DNA of 64,000 bases from a virus (lineage: Duplodnaviria > Caudoviricetes): the IMG/VR virus record IMGVR_UViG_3300031993_000015; one strand, given 5' to 3'. Within the stretch, counting starts at the first letter, position 1. The number at the start of each line of letters is the position of its first letter. The notes beneath the pieces were generated by a model, which worked only from the letters and a program-made list of their open reading frames with translations, made no database searches and was not told where the DNA came from. The translations under genes and the position numbers were made by a program. Positions 38,234-48,537 of this stretch are shown one piece after another.

Positions 38234-39767
38234 TTACATAGAACCCACACAGCGTTCATTCGACAACGCCGAGAGTATGGCGGCTGATGTTCTGTCGCAG
38301 TCGTCCCCGAACCTGATCACCAAGATAGGCTCCGTCATCAGAGAGCTGGTCATCCGGCCGTCGGCATATCTGATGGCCTGGTCCACCGACAATTTCCTGA
38401 ACATGCTGGCTACATCCAGTGTGATGTACCTGAAGACGTCCCAGGAAACGGACAACCCGATTGCAGACATGGTGGCATCCAACTACTTCGTGACCAGACT
38501 GCAGGGAACCAGCGCACGCGGTATCCTAACACTGACCCTGTCCCAGCCTGTGCTGCGCATCTCCCGTGGCTCGCAATTCACAGTCGGCGGTGCCACCATG
38601 ATTACGCCGGAGCAGTACCTGATAACAAACGGTGACACGTCCGGCACGCCATCTGACTTCGTCTACATCAAGTCCATTGAATACAAGACTGCAGCCGGCG
38701 ACTACTGGATTGCGAACCTGCCTGTCGTGAGCGCGGCTCCCGGCAAGCTGGAGATCCCGGTTGGCAGCGATGTCACAATCGACTTCAGCACCAGTATCAT
38801 CATCCAGGCGGAACTGACCAGTCCTGTCACCGGCGGCTCCGATGTGGAGACGGACGCGGAACTCATGGCGCGTGCTGAGTACAACACGGCGGCGTCCGGT
38901 ATTGGTTCCTACTACGGTCTGCAGAAGAAGTTCGCCAAGGCTCCTGTGGCTGTTCTCGGATTGTCAGCTGTTGCCGGCGAGGATGCTCCGCTGTTCCGGT
39001 CACGGTACAACAACGTGAACATCAATCCAGGCGGCATCGTGGACTGCTATGTGAAGACCGCCAAACAGTCTACCACAGACAGCTTCCAGGTCGAGTGCAG
39101 TATCGTGAACGGCAAGTACGTTGGCACGCTGCCCTATCTGAGCATCCTGGCTGTGAACTCCGTCATCGTGAATGGTTCGACGATACCGTTCACCGTCAGT
39201 TTCGAGTCCAGTGATCCGAATGTTCCTGCAGCCGGTGCCAGACTGTCCACGAAGCAGGTCACGAAGATCTCATTCGCGCCTGGTTCCATGACAGGAACGC
39301 AGACGGCAACCGTGTTCTGCACCTACATTCCGGGCATTGAGGCTCTGCAGAAGTACATCGACGATGATGCCGAGCACTTTATTGGACAGGACACGATGGT
39401 AAAGGCTGCAGTTCCAGTTGAAGTCACAGTGAGCTGCGGGTATTCTTCTGGTACCATGCTGGAAGATGACCAGGTTGCCATCCTGAAGCAGACTATCACA
39501 GACTACATCAACAGCATCCCAGTTGGGACCAGGAACATCAACTTCTCAGATCTGCGCACTGTTTGTGCCACGGCTGTTCCTGCCGCTGATCTGCGCCTGC
39601 CCTGTGTCATGACAGGTAAGGCTTACACGAAGAGCGGCTATGTGGACACCTTCTACAACAACACCGGCATCTTCGACATCAGCGACCCGGCCAATGACGA
39701 TTTCTGGGATTTCCAGTGCTGCTTCTTCAGCATCACGGTTGAGAACGTCAGAGTGGAGGCCGTATGA
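38226..39767 (+). CDS. baseplate wedge protein (J/gp6-like)
   Basis: 513 aa; GSVIRELVIRP, NYFVTRLQGTSARG, VTGGSDVETDAELMAR, PGGIVDCYV motifs of the baseplate J family. Confidence 0.8.
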   Translation: MADYIEPTQRSFDNAESMAADVLSQSSPNLITKIGSVIRELVIRPSAYLMAWSTDNFLNMLATSSVMYLKTSQETDNPIADMVASNYFVTRLQGTSARGILTLTLSQPVLRISRGSQFTVGGATMITPEQYLITNGDTSGTPSDFVYIKSIEYKTAAGDYWIANLPVVSAAPGKLEIPVGSDVTIDFSTSIIIQAELTSPVTGGSDVETDAELMARAEYNTAASGIGSYYGLQKKFAKAPVAVLGLSAVAGEDAPLFRSRYNNVNINPGGIVDCYVKTAKQSTTDSFQVECSIVNGKYVGTLPYLSILAVNSVIVNGSTIPFTVSFESSDPNVPAAGARLSTKQVTKISFAPGSMTGTQTATVFCTYIPGIEALQKYIDDDAEHFIGQDTMVKAAVPVEVTVSCGYSSGTMLEDDQVAILKQTITDYINSIPVGTRNINFSDLRTVCATAVPAADLRLPCVMTGKAYTKSGYVDTFYNNTGIFDISDPANDDFWDFQCCFFSITVENVRVEAV

Positions 39768-41173
39768 ACTGGGTGAGAAAAATCAGGTCGCTTCTTGGTG
39801 CTTTCTGGTACCGGATCTTCGACGATCAAGATTTTGTACTTGGAGTTGAATTTTTACTCAGCGAGTTCTACAAGTACACTGGATACCGGTTCGACAACTG
39901 GCTCTACGGCCTGTTTCCGATGAGTCAGACGGTGTATCCAAAGGATATGCCGTTTGTCGTCTATCTGGATGCAAGTTCTTTGCACAGAGAGTGGTACACA
40001 TGGGAGCAGTTTGTGAACAATGTCAAACTTAGTCCTGTGTATAACAGCAGCGGTGTGGTGGATCACTGGGAAATCGGTAAACCCACAGACGAGGAGTATG
40101 TCACACTGCACAGCAACAACCGTGGCTGGGTCATGGATGTCGTGAATCCGATCCAGGAACCGACATATCTGGTGGATCACCTGTACCAATGGAACCGTGT
40201 GCTGACGAACGGGCCGGATTTCAAGTTTGCACAGGGGCAGATTCTGTTCTATGAGGATCCGACCAAGCTCAATATCCCGTCTGTGAAAGTCACAACGGCG
40301 AGCGGAGAACTGAAGGTCTATTTGCAACTCATCGGAATTGTCGAGCCAGTTGCAAATGAGTACGATGCCATCAGCGGGTTTATGTCACCAGAACTGAACG
40401 ACTGCGCTGATATCGTCTGGGACATTCATCAGAACGGCGCTACCTATTACAACGCCAAGAAGCTCTTGGCGAGTGCCGCAAACAGCGTGGTCTGCGATGT
40501 GGATGGCGCTATCTCCGAGCTCTGGCAGGAACAGGACTGGTGGTTCGCACGCGTTTATGACAAGATCTACAAGTCACAGCTGCCGTGTAATCTGCATGCC
40601 GGTGACGATGTTAAGAAGGGCACCATCCTGTTCGGTGACATGAAGTTCTTCAAGGGCTCTGAAAGCCCATCTGCTTCAGACATCCCAGGCATCCGTGTAC
40701 GCACAGATGCAGGTGAACTGGTTGCAGAGAACGCAACGCACAGTCTGGTCTACTGGTATGACCAGACGGTTCTTCCGCTGTCCGGTGATGTGCCTACACT
40801 GCTGAAGTACATGGAGATATGCACGAACAACAGTCTGAACCAGGCCTGCCCGTTCATCGAGATCAAGACACCGGCTGGTATGGCCGCAGGCACCATCAAT
40901 CCATACCAGTTTGTGATGCAAGTTCTGCGCCGTGGAAAGACTTGCGCTGTGCGTCTTACAGCTGCATCACTGTCCAAATTGGAAGCCGCCATCCAGGTGC
41001 TTCGCAAGAGCACCGACCTGGGTGGTCTTCTCACTCTTTATGTAAAGGATTCGACCGACACTGCTAATGTAACCCTGTCGGGCTTTACAGCCGACGCCGG
41101 AATGGGCGTTGTTGCCGTAGATGCCACAGTCACAGTACAGGGACAAGCAGCAGAGGCAAGAATCCTTCCATGA
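39764..41173 (+). CDS. probable baseplate wedge protein
   Basis: 469 aa coupled to the J-like gene. Confidence 0.5.
   Translation: MNWVRKIRSLLGAFWYRIFDDQDFVLGVEFLLSEFYKYTGYRFDNWLYGLFPMSQTVYPKDMPFVVYLDASSLHREWYTWEQFVNNVKLSPVYNSSGVVDHWEIGKPTDEEYVTLHSNNRGWVMDVVNPIQEPTYLVDHLYQWNRVLTNGPDFKFAQGQILFYEDPTKLNIPSVKVTTASGELKVYLQLIGIVEPVANEYDAISGFMSPELNDCADIVWDIHQNGATYYNAKKLLASAANSVVCDVDGAISELWQEQDWWFARVYDKIYKSQLPCNLHAGDDVKKGTILFGDMKFFKGSESPSASDIPGIRVRTDAGELVAENATHSLVYWYDQTVLPLSGDVPTLLKYMEICTNNSLNQACPFIEIKTPAGMAAGTINPYQFVMQVLRRGKTCAVRLTAASLSKLEAAIQVLRKSTDLGGLLTLYVKDSTDTANVTLSGFTADAGMGVVAVDATVTVQGQAAEARILP
39831..39853. repeat. degenerate copy of the 23-bp palindromic motif (ATTTTGTACTT-G-GAGTTGAATTT)
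   Basis: 4 mismatches to the consensus; AT-rich island in a CDS. Confidence 0.4.
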
Positions 41174-41598
41174 GCCATTGGACATTTCAAAGAGGCGGCA
41201 ACAAAGTAATTGCCGACATTCTCAGCGGTTCCGGCGAGAAGCTGGACGGTATCTACGTCACATACAACGGAGCGGATGTTGAAGCAGCCCCGGAAGTTGA
41301 CCGCAAGTTCTTCGAGTATCTTGCAAAACGCCCTGCTTGCGGCTATGCCAGAATCCCTGTGAGAAGCTGTTCTGTCAACAAAGACGGTAGCATGATGTTC
41401 ACCGGTTTGTTATCCGCTTCGGATCTTATAGGGTCCAAACCGACCAAGCGGTCCCGGATCACAACTGCCACGCTGGTGTCCATGAACGAGGACCCGACGA
41501 AGGACAGATTCGTCTACACCGCTTTGCTGACGAGTCAGATACCGCTGGTCGCCGGGACCCATATTGTTATTGACTTACACATGAAGATCGGAGGCTAA
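41170..41598 (+). CDS. hypothetical baseplate/tail-fibre-associated protein
   Basis: 142 aa coupled ORF. Confidence 0.65.
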   Translation: MSHWTFQRGGNKVIADILSGSGEKLDGIYVTYNGADVEAAPEVDRKFFEYLAKRPACGYARIPVRSCSVNKDGSMMFTGLLSASDLIGSKPTKRSRITTATLVSMNEDPTKDRFVYTALLTSQIPLVAGTHIVIDLHMKIGG

Positions 41599-41599
41599 G

Positions 41600-43600
41600 A
41601 TGTCGGATACGACAATCAGCACCTACACGGTGCCCCTCATAGGCAACCAGACGGCGCCTACCAACGAAGCCGCTGTTGCACTGCTCGACAACTCCCTGTC
41701 CTATATCCAGGATGCCCTGAACAGCATCGCAGGACGGCTGGCTGAGAATGATACCAAGAACGCCATTATCCAGCACGATGTTCCGATCACGGCTGATGTA
41801 TTCGAGGGCGCTCTTGTTTATTTCAATTCAGAGACTTCCAAGTATGAGCCTGCTCTCGCAGCGTTGCTTCCGCTCCCTGGCGAGAACGGAGCCAGCATCG
41901 AAGCACCCAGTGCCCGCGTCGAAGGCATCATTATCAGCTGTGACGTATCCGGTGTGACCGGCACGCTGCTGCGCGGCGGGTTCTATACGAAGAACACTGT
42001 GGCTGACAACTGCCTTGGCACGAATGCGACCGCCGGGACCTATTATCTGTCAACCACGACGGCTGGTAAAGCGACCAAGGATACGGACGGTCTACTCAGG
42101 CAGCCTGTGCTGTCCTACTATGGCAACGGGATGTTCAGTCTCACGCTGTTCTATATGGCGCACGACAATCACTACCACACGACAGCTATCCTACTGGATG
42201 GGTGGTCAGAAATCGACTCTGAAGACGAAGATGCACCGGCCGGTGCTTATTGGGTGTATGATGGTACACTCCTGACATCGACCTACGTCGGTGTTCTATC
42301 CAAAGTTACGACAGCCGTGTTCTGGAACGGCGAACTGCAGCCTACGTTGGAAGATCCGTCCTCTCCATTCGACATTGTGAACGGCAAGCTCTACTGCAAG
42401 CTGATGGATGCACCAGAAGCAAAGTCCGTGGTCATCTTCAACCACTTCCCGTTTGCCTATAACAGCTCAGTGGTGCGCAGTATCCAGTCCACCAACGAGA
42501 GCATGCTCCGCGTAGATGATGCGAATGGTGTCGTGACACTGACTCCCTATGAGTTCACAACAGGCGCAACGGCTCCGAGCCAGCTCGCTATCTCAAGCAT
42601 TGTCGAAGGCAAGATTACCTACACGCCAGTTGTGACCGGCATCAATGCAGGTCCTGGAATCAAGGTGAGCCGCAGCGTGACCGGCGTTACGACTGTCTCG
42701 GCTGCCAACCTCGTTGGTTCCCAGATCGACGCCTACAGCATTCAGCACAACGGAACAACGCTCATCACGGACGGTCTGTTCCAATTCATCACATTCCCGG
42801 CCGGCCGTGAATCAGAGTTCGTTATGTTCCTGCCTGTCACGGATGTACCGGAAGGTGTCACGCTCCAGGCTTCCGCATGGGGCACGCTCTACGGTTCGTC
42901 CGCTACACTGAATGTCGATGGCTGGTTCATTGAGCAGCCGACATCTGGTAATATGACAGATCTCCCCGTTACGACCAATCCGCAGAACACAGTGGAACTC
43001 AGTTTCACTGGTCAAGAAGGCAAGCTGTCATACAGTGAAGTCTCACTGACCGGATGCACCGTCAGTGCCCCTGGCATGCTGGTCGCCAGAATTGCGATTC
43101 CGTCTGCACCGTCCGACAATGTGGAACTTCTGCGTGTCGGCTTCAAACTGGATGTCGCGGCATCCAACGAGTCCTCGGCGGTCACGCCGGATCCAGGAGG
43201 GTCAGGAATGGTCATAGGTGAACTTCAGGCCGGTGAGTCGATTGCGGCCGGCAATGCGGTCTACATCAATGCCAATGGCAAGCTGGGTGTCTGTCATGCA
43301 AATGCACAGAACACGGCCGGCACTTGCGTCGGCATCGCCATGAACGGCGGCAACGCCGGTGCGACGATCACATATGTCGCTTCCGGCATCACATCGGTCG
43401 GTACTGATTCGATCATTCTTATTCCGGGAACACCCGTTTATATAGGAACAGACGGCTATGTCAAGAACATCACATCCGACGCCGGTGTCGATGACTTCTT
43501 TGCAGGCACAGCGCTCTATCTGCAGCGCGTCGGAACGGCCGTCACATCTAACCTGGTGCAGGTCTCGATTGAGCCTGCCATACTCAAGGGTGCGATATGA
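41600..43600 (+). CDS. virion structural protein (tail fibre/baseplate appendage)
   Basis: 666 aa beta-rich; C-terminal AGESIAAGNAVYI…CVGIA…PGTPVYIG domain echoing an N-terminal VYF…AGTYYLS domain. Confidence 0.6.
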   Translation: MSDTTISTYTVPLIGNQTAPTNEAAVALLDNSLSYIQDALNSIAGRLAENDTKNAIIQHDVPITADVFEGALVYFNSETSKYEPALAALLPLPGENGASIEAPSARVEGIIISCDVSGVTGTLLRGGFYTKNTVADNCLGTNATAGTYYLSTTTAGKATKDTDGLLRQPVLSYYGNGMFSLTLFYMAHDNHYHTTAILLDGWSEIDSEDEDAPAGAYWVYDGTLLTSTYVGVLSKVTTAVFWNGELQPTLEDPSSPFDIVNGKLYCKLMDAPEAKSVVIFNHFPFAYNSSVVRSIQSTNESMLRVDDANGVVTLTPYEFTTGATAPSQLAISSIVEGKITYTPVVTGINAGPGIKVSRSVTGVTTVSAANLVGSQIDAYSIQHNGTTLITDGLFQFITFPAGRESEFVMFLPVTDVPEGVTLQASAWGTLYGSSATLNVDGWFIEQPTSGNMTDLPVTTNPQNTVELSFTGQEGKLSYSEVSLTGCTVSAPGMLVARIAIPSAPSDNVELLRVGFKLDVAASNESSAVTPDPGGSGMVIGELQAGESIAAGNAVYINANGKLGVCHANAQNTAGTCVGIAMNGGNAGATITYVASGITSVGTDSIILIPGTPVYIGTDGYVKNITSDAGVDDFFAGTALYLQRVGTAVTSNLVQVSIEPAILKGAI

Positions 43601-44571
43601 TCAGTATTGACAGGCAGGCTCTGGAGTTCCTGAACCAGAACATGCACAGAAACTATCCTCTTCAGGATACGCAGGTCGTAGTGAGCGAAGATGGCGTTTA
43701 CTTGCCGTCTTCGTTTCTGGTCGATCTGAAGATGAGCATCCCCTGTAAACTGGGGGATTCGAATATCAATGCGGCGAACTTCTTTGTGTCCTCCGTGAAC
43801 CATTACTCGGCCTCCGTACAGGTAGTCATCAGTTACCAGTACGATGCGGAGCACTCGTTTGAGTGTGCCTGCTCTCCGGCAATCGTGACGGCCGATGGCA
43901 GTTACCCAGAAGTCGTTACGCTGACTCCTGCGGCTGGCATCCCGGCTGACACAAAGTGGGATCCGCTTCGGAATCTGACCGGTGAACTCTGGATCGGTTC
44001 TACCCAGGAAGTGGCGAACATCAGCTCTCTGAAGTTCACCTACGAGCATGCTGCGATCAATCCGACGCTCATCACGAAAATCGTCCGTGTGGACGAGATC
44101 ATGTCGAGCGTCACTGTCATGGTCGGTGAAGATGTACTTGGCACTGTCAGCGGAGAAGTCAAGCTGAAAGCCGGTGCAGGCATCGCGTTTGAACTGGATA
44201 CGAACACCAACGAGCTGACTATCAAACTGGATGAGACGTGGCTCTCAGAGCAGATCCAGGAAATCATGGCGACAGAGGTTGGCACACCGCTCAAGAGCAT
44301 CAACGGGATCACGCCGGATAGTGAGGGCAACCTCAATATTGGCGGCATGGACTGCACAGAGGTCAACAACGTGGCTTACGGCATCACGATCAGCAACCCG
44401 TGCTCCAGACCCTGTTGCGGTGATGAGAGCGGTGACGTTGCCGACATCCAGGCATCCCAGGGTCTGCTCAAGGATCAGGTCGAGCGACTCACGCAGAGTC
44501 TCAATGCCTTCATTATCAGTCTCAACAACGTGGAAACAAGACTTCCTTCGCTGGTTGCCAGCAGAAAGTAA
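43597..44571 (+). CDS. baseplate/fibre-associated protein, paralog family member
   Basis: 324 aa; N-terminal NQNMHRNYPL; LKSINGITPD; CSRPCCG followed by a coiled coil. Confidence 0.65.
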   Translation: MISIDRQALEFLNQNMHRNYPLQDTQVVVSEDGVYLPSSFLVDLKMSIPCKLGDSNINAANFFVSSVNHYSASVQVVISYQYDAEHSFECACSPAIVTADGSYPEVVTLTPAAGIPADTKWDPLRNLTGELWIGSTQEVANISSLKFTYEHAAINPTLITKIVRVDEIMSSVTVMVGEDVLGTVSGEVKLKAGAGIAFELDTNTNELTIKLDETWLSEQIQEIMATEVGTPLKSINGITPDSEGNLNIGGMDCTEVNNVAYGITISNPCSRPCCGDESGDVADIQASQGLLKDQVERLTQSLNAFIISLNNVETRLPSLVASRK

Positions 44572-44579
44572 CAACCGAG

Positions 44580-46235
44580 ATGATCGAGCCAGACGGAATC
44601 AAGTTAGGAAACGGGCTCATTTGCGAAAAACAGGGCGATACCAATATACTGGGTATCGACCGGGATTACCTGCGCTCTATCGTGCTGCAGAACGCGGTCT
44701 ACAGCATCAACGGCCAGCACGCCGCGCCGGACGGCTCTTTCTTTATTCACGGGTCCGAGTGCGACAGCTGGAGCGATGTGCGTGGCGGTACAGTCACAGA
44801 GACAGGCGATGTGAACAAGGCTGTTTATATCGCTGACATCAGTGGACAGGTTGTTCAGGAAGGCAGCGCGGAGACCAGTGAAGATACGACACCTGATTCC
44901 AGTATCAACAGGCTCAAAGGTGTTGTCACAGTGCAGGAAGGGCTTGTTCTGACAGATCTATGCCCAACATGTTCTTCCTGTGAAACGCTGTATCACATCA
45001 AGAAGGAGCTTGAGTACTTCGAGATGTTTGTCAACATGATGAAGGACGTCATGCTCCATAATTCTGCGGACCTTACTGCAGACAAAGCAGCTCTGAATCT
45101 ACTCCGTGTGGTCGGCAGCACGGTGCACTGTACAGATGAAGCAGAGCAGGATGTGCTGATGAAGGGTATGCAGCTGCTTCAGCAGTACATCACAGTGGCG
45201 CACATGTGGAACTACGCTGTGATGCAGAACAACGCCAGTTTCCGCATGGAAATCGCGCCGGAAGACACCGCTGGATTCGTTGTTCAGACCAAGCGTGCGT
45301 TGCCAAGCTGCGACGGCACCTGGCGCATCCGCTGTACCATCAAGATCGAGTACGACCACAGACAGAACGACGACAACAGCATCAGCACAGCAAAGCAGGA
45401 CCTCAGCGTGTTCATTCCAGAGCCTGTACTATGGTTCAAGCCTTTCAACATGGAGGATACTGACGAGCCTATCGTCGGTACAAACCCTGTGGAATATGTG
45501 AGTGCCGAGGATGCGGCTCTACAGACCCTTGTTGACCAGGGTGCCGGCGGAGCCACCAGTGTGCAGGTGCTGACGGACGCCAAGGTGCATGTCATCCACG
45601 ACAATAACTGCACAACCAAGACGATCCAGACCGACTTCATCCAAGCTCGTGTTTCCGGCACCTATGGACTGCAGATGAAGTTCCTGCCTTTTGTGAACTT
45701 CGTCATGTATGACGCGCAGAATCATGTCATTACGGTGCGTGGCGCGACTGTGAATGTCTCCGGCAAGACTATCGGGGACAACGTCTACTACGATTTCGCT
45801 CCGGCCTATACCAGCAGGCAGCCTATCGTGGCTCCTACGAAGGATGACTACCTGAACGCCAAAACGGCGCCGACATCGTCTGTGCCTTTTAACAACGTTT
45901 GGCGCGTGGAAATCCTGTGGGAAGTCGGTAAACCGGAACGTTATACGGAAGAGGACTCGATACATTTCCAGGAGATAAGAAGAACGACGTCGGCGGAGCC
46001 CGGAAACGAGGTACCGGAGATCACTACACTGGTGCCTGGAACGACGACCTTCGAAGAAGCACTTGCTGGCTATGATGTGCCGTTCGAGTCCGAGACTTTC
46101 TTCGAGTACAAGGAAACCAGACTGTACACGACGACCGGAGCCCGTGAACCGAACAACCAGGCTATAATCACTGGGTCTACGATTCCTGTTGATGTGCCGA
46201 TCAGCACGGCAAGTAGCAGTAGTACCAATCAGTAA
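44580..46235 (+). CDS. baseplate/fibre-associated protein
   Basis: 551 aa; VYSINGQHAAPDG; DLCPTCSSCE followed by a helix. Confidence 0.65.
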   Translation: MIEPDGIKLGNGLICEKQGDTNILGIDRDYLRSIVLQNAVYSINGQHAAPDGSFFIHGSECDSWSDVRGGTVTETGDVNKAVYIADISGQVVQEGSAETSEDTTPDSSINRLKGVVTVQEGLVLTDLCPTCSSCETLYHIKKELEYFEMFVNMMKDVMLHNSADLTADKAALNLLRVVGSTVHCTDEAEQDVLMKGMQLLQQYITVAHMWNYAVMQNNASFRMEIAPEDTAGFVVQTKRALPSCDGTWRIRCTIKIEYDHRQNDDNSISTAKQDLSVFIPEPVLWFKPFNMEDTDEPIVGTNPVEYVSAEDAALQTLVDQGAGGATSVQVLTDAKVHVIHDNNCTTKTIQTDFIQARVSGTYGLQMKFLPFVNFVMYDAQNHVITVRGATVNVSGKTIGDNVYYDFAPAYTSRQPIVAPTKDDYLNAKTAPTSSVPFNNVWRVEILWEVGKPERYTEEDSIHFQEIRRTTSAEPGNEVPEITTLVPGTTTFEEALAGYDVPFESETFFEYKETRLYTTTGAREPNNQAIITGSTIPVDVPISTASSSSTNQ

Positions 46236-46244
46236 AGGAGCCGT

Positions 46245-47015
46245 ATGCTTACCACCTATATCAACGACAGAAAACTGGCTGACTATCCGTTCTACGGACT
46301 TGAGAAGCCTCGTCCGTTCCCTCCTGGGTGCATCACACATCTTGGCATCTGTGTCCAGGACCAGCCGGACGGTTGCTTCTTTGCATCTGCCATCAGCATC
46401 TCGATGGACGGTGTCCTGGTATCGCTCTGCAGAGAGGAGAACGGTGTGGACAAGGACATCGGGTCTGTCTATGTTGCATCCGGCCAGGACAGTGCAGGCG
46501 CCGAGTTCGAGAAGGATGACGTCAAGTATGCTGTCAGCATGATGGTTGACAGATCACTGCTCCAGAACTCCTACGGCAGCTACACAGGGCGCTTTTATCT
46601 GGACCCGCGCTGTGTTTCGTATGTGTCAGACGTCGTGGCCGGCAATCTGAAACAGGTGGTCATCAATGGTCAGACGCACCAGGTGGACAACCATCTGGAC
46701 TTCTCATGTTCCGGCGATCTGATCGGCTTTACAGTGCCGGAAGAATCCCTGGCTGATTCCTGCTATAAGACCTATCTGAAGGCCGGCACAGAAGTCAACG
46801 AGACACCACTGGTCTACAAACTGGTGTCCACGGCTGTTCCGGTACGGGGCATCAACACGGCAACACCTGATGGAGTTTCTCCGCAGTTCGCTCTGGCGGC
46901 CGGTGATGCGTCGATTACGTTCTCTGTAGAAGAGAAACAGAGCGCCCTGATTGTCACGATCCAAGGCAACACGGACTTTCCGAACTGCTACGAGGGGAAA
47001 GGAGATGAAGCCTGA
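46245..47015 (+). CDS. baseplate/fibre-associated protein, paralog family member
   Basis: 256 aa; N-terminal LADYPF; VRGINTATPDG. Confidence 0.65.
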   Translation: MLTTYINDRKLADYPFYGLEKPRPFPPGCITHLGICVQDQPDGCFFASAISISMDGVLVSLCREENGVDKDIGSVYVASGQDSAGAEFEKDDVKYAVSMMVDRSLLQNSYGSYTGRFYLDPRCVSYVSDVVAGNLKQVVINGQTHQVDNHLDFSCSGDLIGFTVPEESLADSCYKTYLKAGTEVNETPLVYKLVSTAVPVRGINTATPDGVSPQFALAAGDASITFSVEEKQSALIVTIQGNTDFPNCYEGKGDEA

Positions 47016-47788
47016 TGCTGATGATGACCAACAATCTGGACCGCACGGACGAAGCTGCGATCTCCAACTGGCCTTTCACCTACGGCAGCTCTCTGGACAC
47101 TGGGGACGGCGTTCTGACGGCCGACAGCTTCCTGTCCGTGTCTGTGAACGTGGACCACAATGTCGTGCTTCCATGCCGCTTCAAAGGCATCACGTCAGAT
47201 GGTCGGCTTGTCATCTGCGACAGCACCGGCGCGGATGTCTGCAGCGGGCAGCTCTATGCGGCCAGTGAACAGACCGACGTCTGCTCCTTCTTCCTGTACG
47301 ACCAGTACGCCATACTGCGCGGTTTCATCTGTTGCAAATCGGATGTCTGCACCAGGCTGTTTGCGCTGTCGGTTTACACGAACGACATGCACTATTTCGG
47401 CAGCAACGCTTTTGTTCTCCTTCCTGACTGTCATATCCAGACAGTGAGTGGCACAGCCAAGAGCTTTGGTGTTCATGGCAAGTACATGACAGCCGACCTC
47501 TGTATCAGATGCACGTCGGAGGTAGAAACACCGGTTGTTTCCGATGGAACGACCGTCTTGGGGCACAAGAACTGGAACGTAATCCCGGAAAGTGGCACGG
47601 TTGCCAGTTTTGGGGTTTACAACGTCGATGTGCCGGAGAACAATACCTGGTGCGAGATCGTTGTCAACGGCTCCACTTACAGCGTGGAGGAGAAGAACCT
47701 GATTATCAAGGCAGGATTCACGTCGAACCTGCGCGTCGTTACCACAGACGCTGCGATTATACTGAGAGGTGTTCTCGATGTCCAATGA
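47015..47788 (+). CDS. baseplate/fibre-associated protein, paralog family member
   Basis: 257 aa; N-terminal ISNWPF. Confidence 0.65.
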   Translation: MLMMTNNLDRTDEAAISNWPFTYGSSLDTGDGVLTADSFLSVSVNVDHNVVLPCRFKGITSDGRLVICDSTGADVCSGQLYAASEQTDVCSFFLYDQYAILRGFICCKSDVCTRLFALSVYTNDMHYFGSNAFVLLPDCHIQTVSGTAKSFGVHGKYMTADLCIRCTSEVETPVVSDGTTVLGHKNWNVIPESGTVASFGVYNVDVPENNTWCEIVVNGSTYSVEEKNLIIKAGFTSNLRVVTTDAAIILRGVLDVQ

Positions 47789-48527
47789 GCTGAAAGACCT
47801 GTCCATCAGTTATCCGTTCATGCCGGTCGCGGTGCAGCCGGCATTTTTCCGTAACGTGAAATACATGCGCATTGTCGTAGTACTGCCGGCCGGTCAGCCT
47901 GCGAACCTGGCGAAGAACGGCGACTACATTGTGGCGATGCTGACCGGGTTCGATGCAACGAACGCGCACGTCAGAGTAACCTGCAGTGCCTACGGCTACA
48001 GCGAGAATTACAATGTGCCCATCATTTGGAGCGGAATCCCGACAGGCAACAACTGGATGTACGTCGAGGGCGACATCGAGTGGCCGCAGGATGCGCCGGA
48101 GATCGGCTACAGAATCCACCCGTCCTGCCTGGTCTTCCAGCAGATGGCTCCTATCCTGAAGATCGAGGGCTCTGAAAGCGGGCTTCCTCCTGTCATACTC
48201 CAGCAGGACGATGACGACACAATCAGCCCGTATATGTTCGACACTGAAATGTATCAGTGGGATGACATCCTGGAACTTGAGAACGGACATAACGTCGAGG
48301 TCTCCGGGAGCTCTGATTCAGTCGTGTTCACGGCGGCCGCAGACATTGGAAAAGGAGTGTTCCCGGCAAAATTCTACACGCAGGCTGACAATCTGGCCGG
48401 CAAGCGCGGCGTCGGCATGCACAGCATCAATGGCAGGACGGGTGACGTTCTTATACACGGCGACAGATCTGTGGAAGTCGATACTGTCGGAAACACCGTG
48501 ACAATCACAGCAGTAAACCAGAACTGA
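47778..48527 (+). CDS. baseplate/fibre-associated protein, paralog family member
   Basis: ATG 47778 with SD GAGG; N-terminal SISYPF; MHSINGRTGDV. Confidence 0.65.
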   Translation: MSNELKDLSISYPFMPVAVQPAFFRNVKYMRIVVVLPAGQPANLAKNGDYIVAMLTGFDATNAHVRVTCSAYGYSENYNVPIIWSGIPTGNNWMYVEGDIEWPQDAPEIGYRIHPSCLVFQQMAPILKIEGSESGLPPVILQQDDDDTISPYMFDTEMYQWDDILELENGHNVEVSGSSDSVVFTAAADIGKGVFPAKFYTQADNLAGKRGVGMHSINGRTGDVLIHGDRSVEVDTVGNTVTITAVNQN

Positions 48528-48537
48528 GGTTCCAGAT

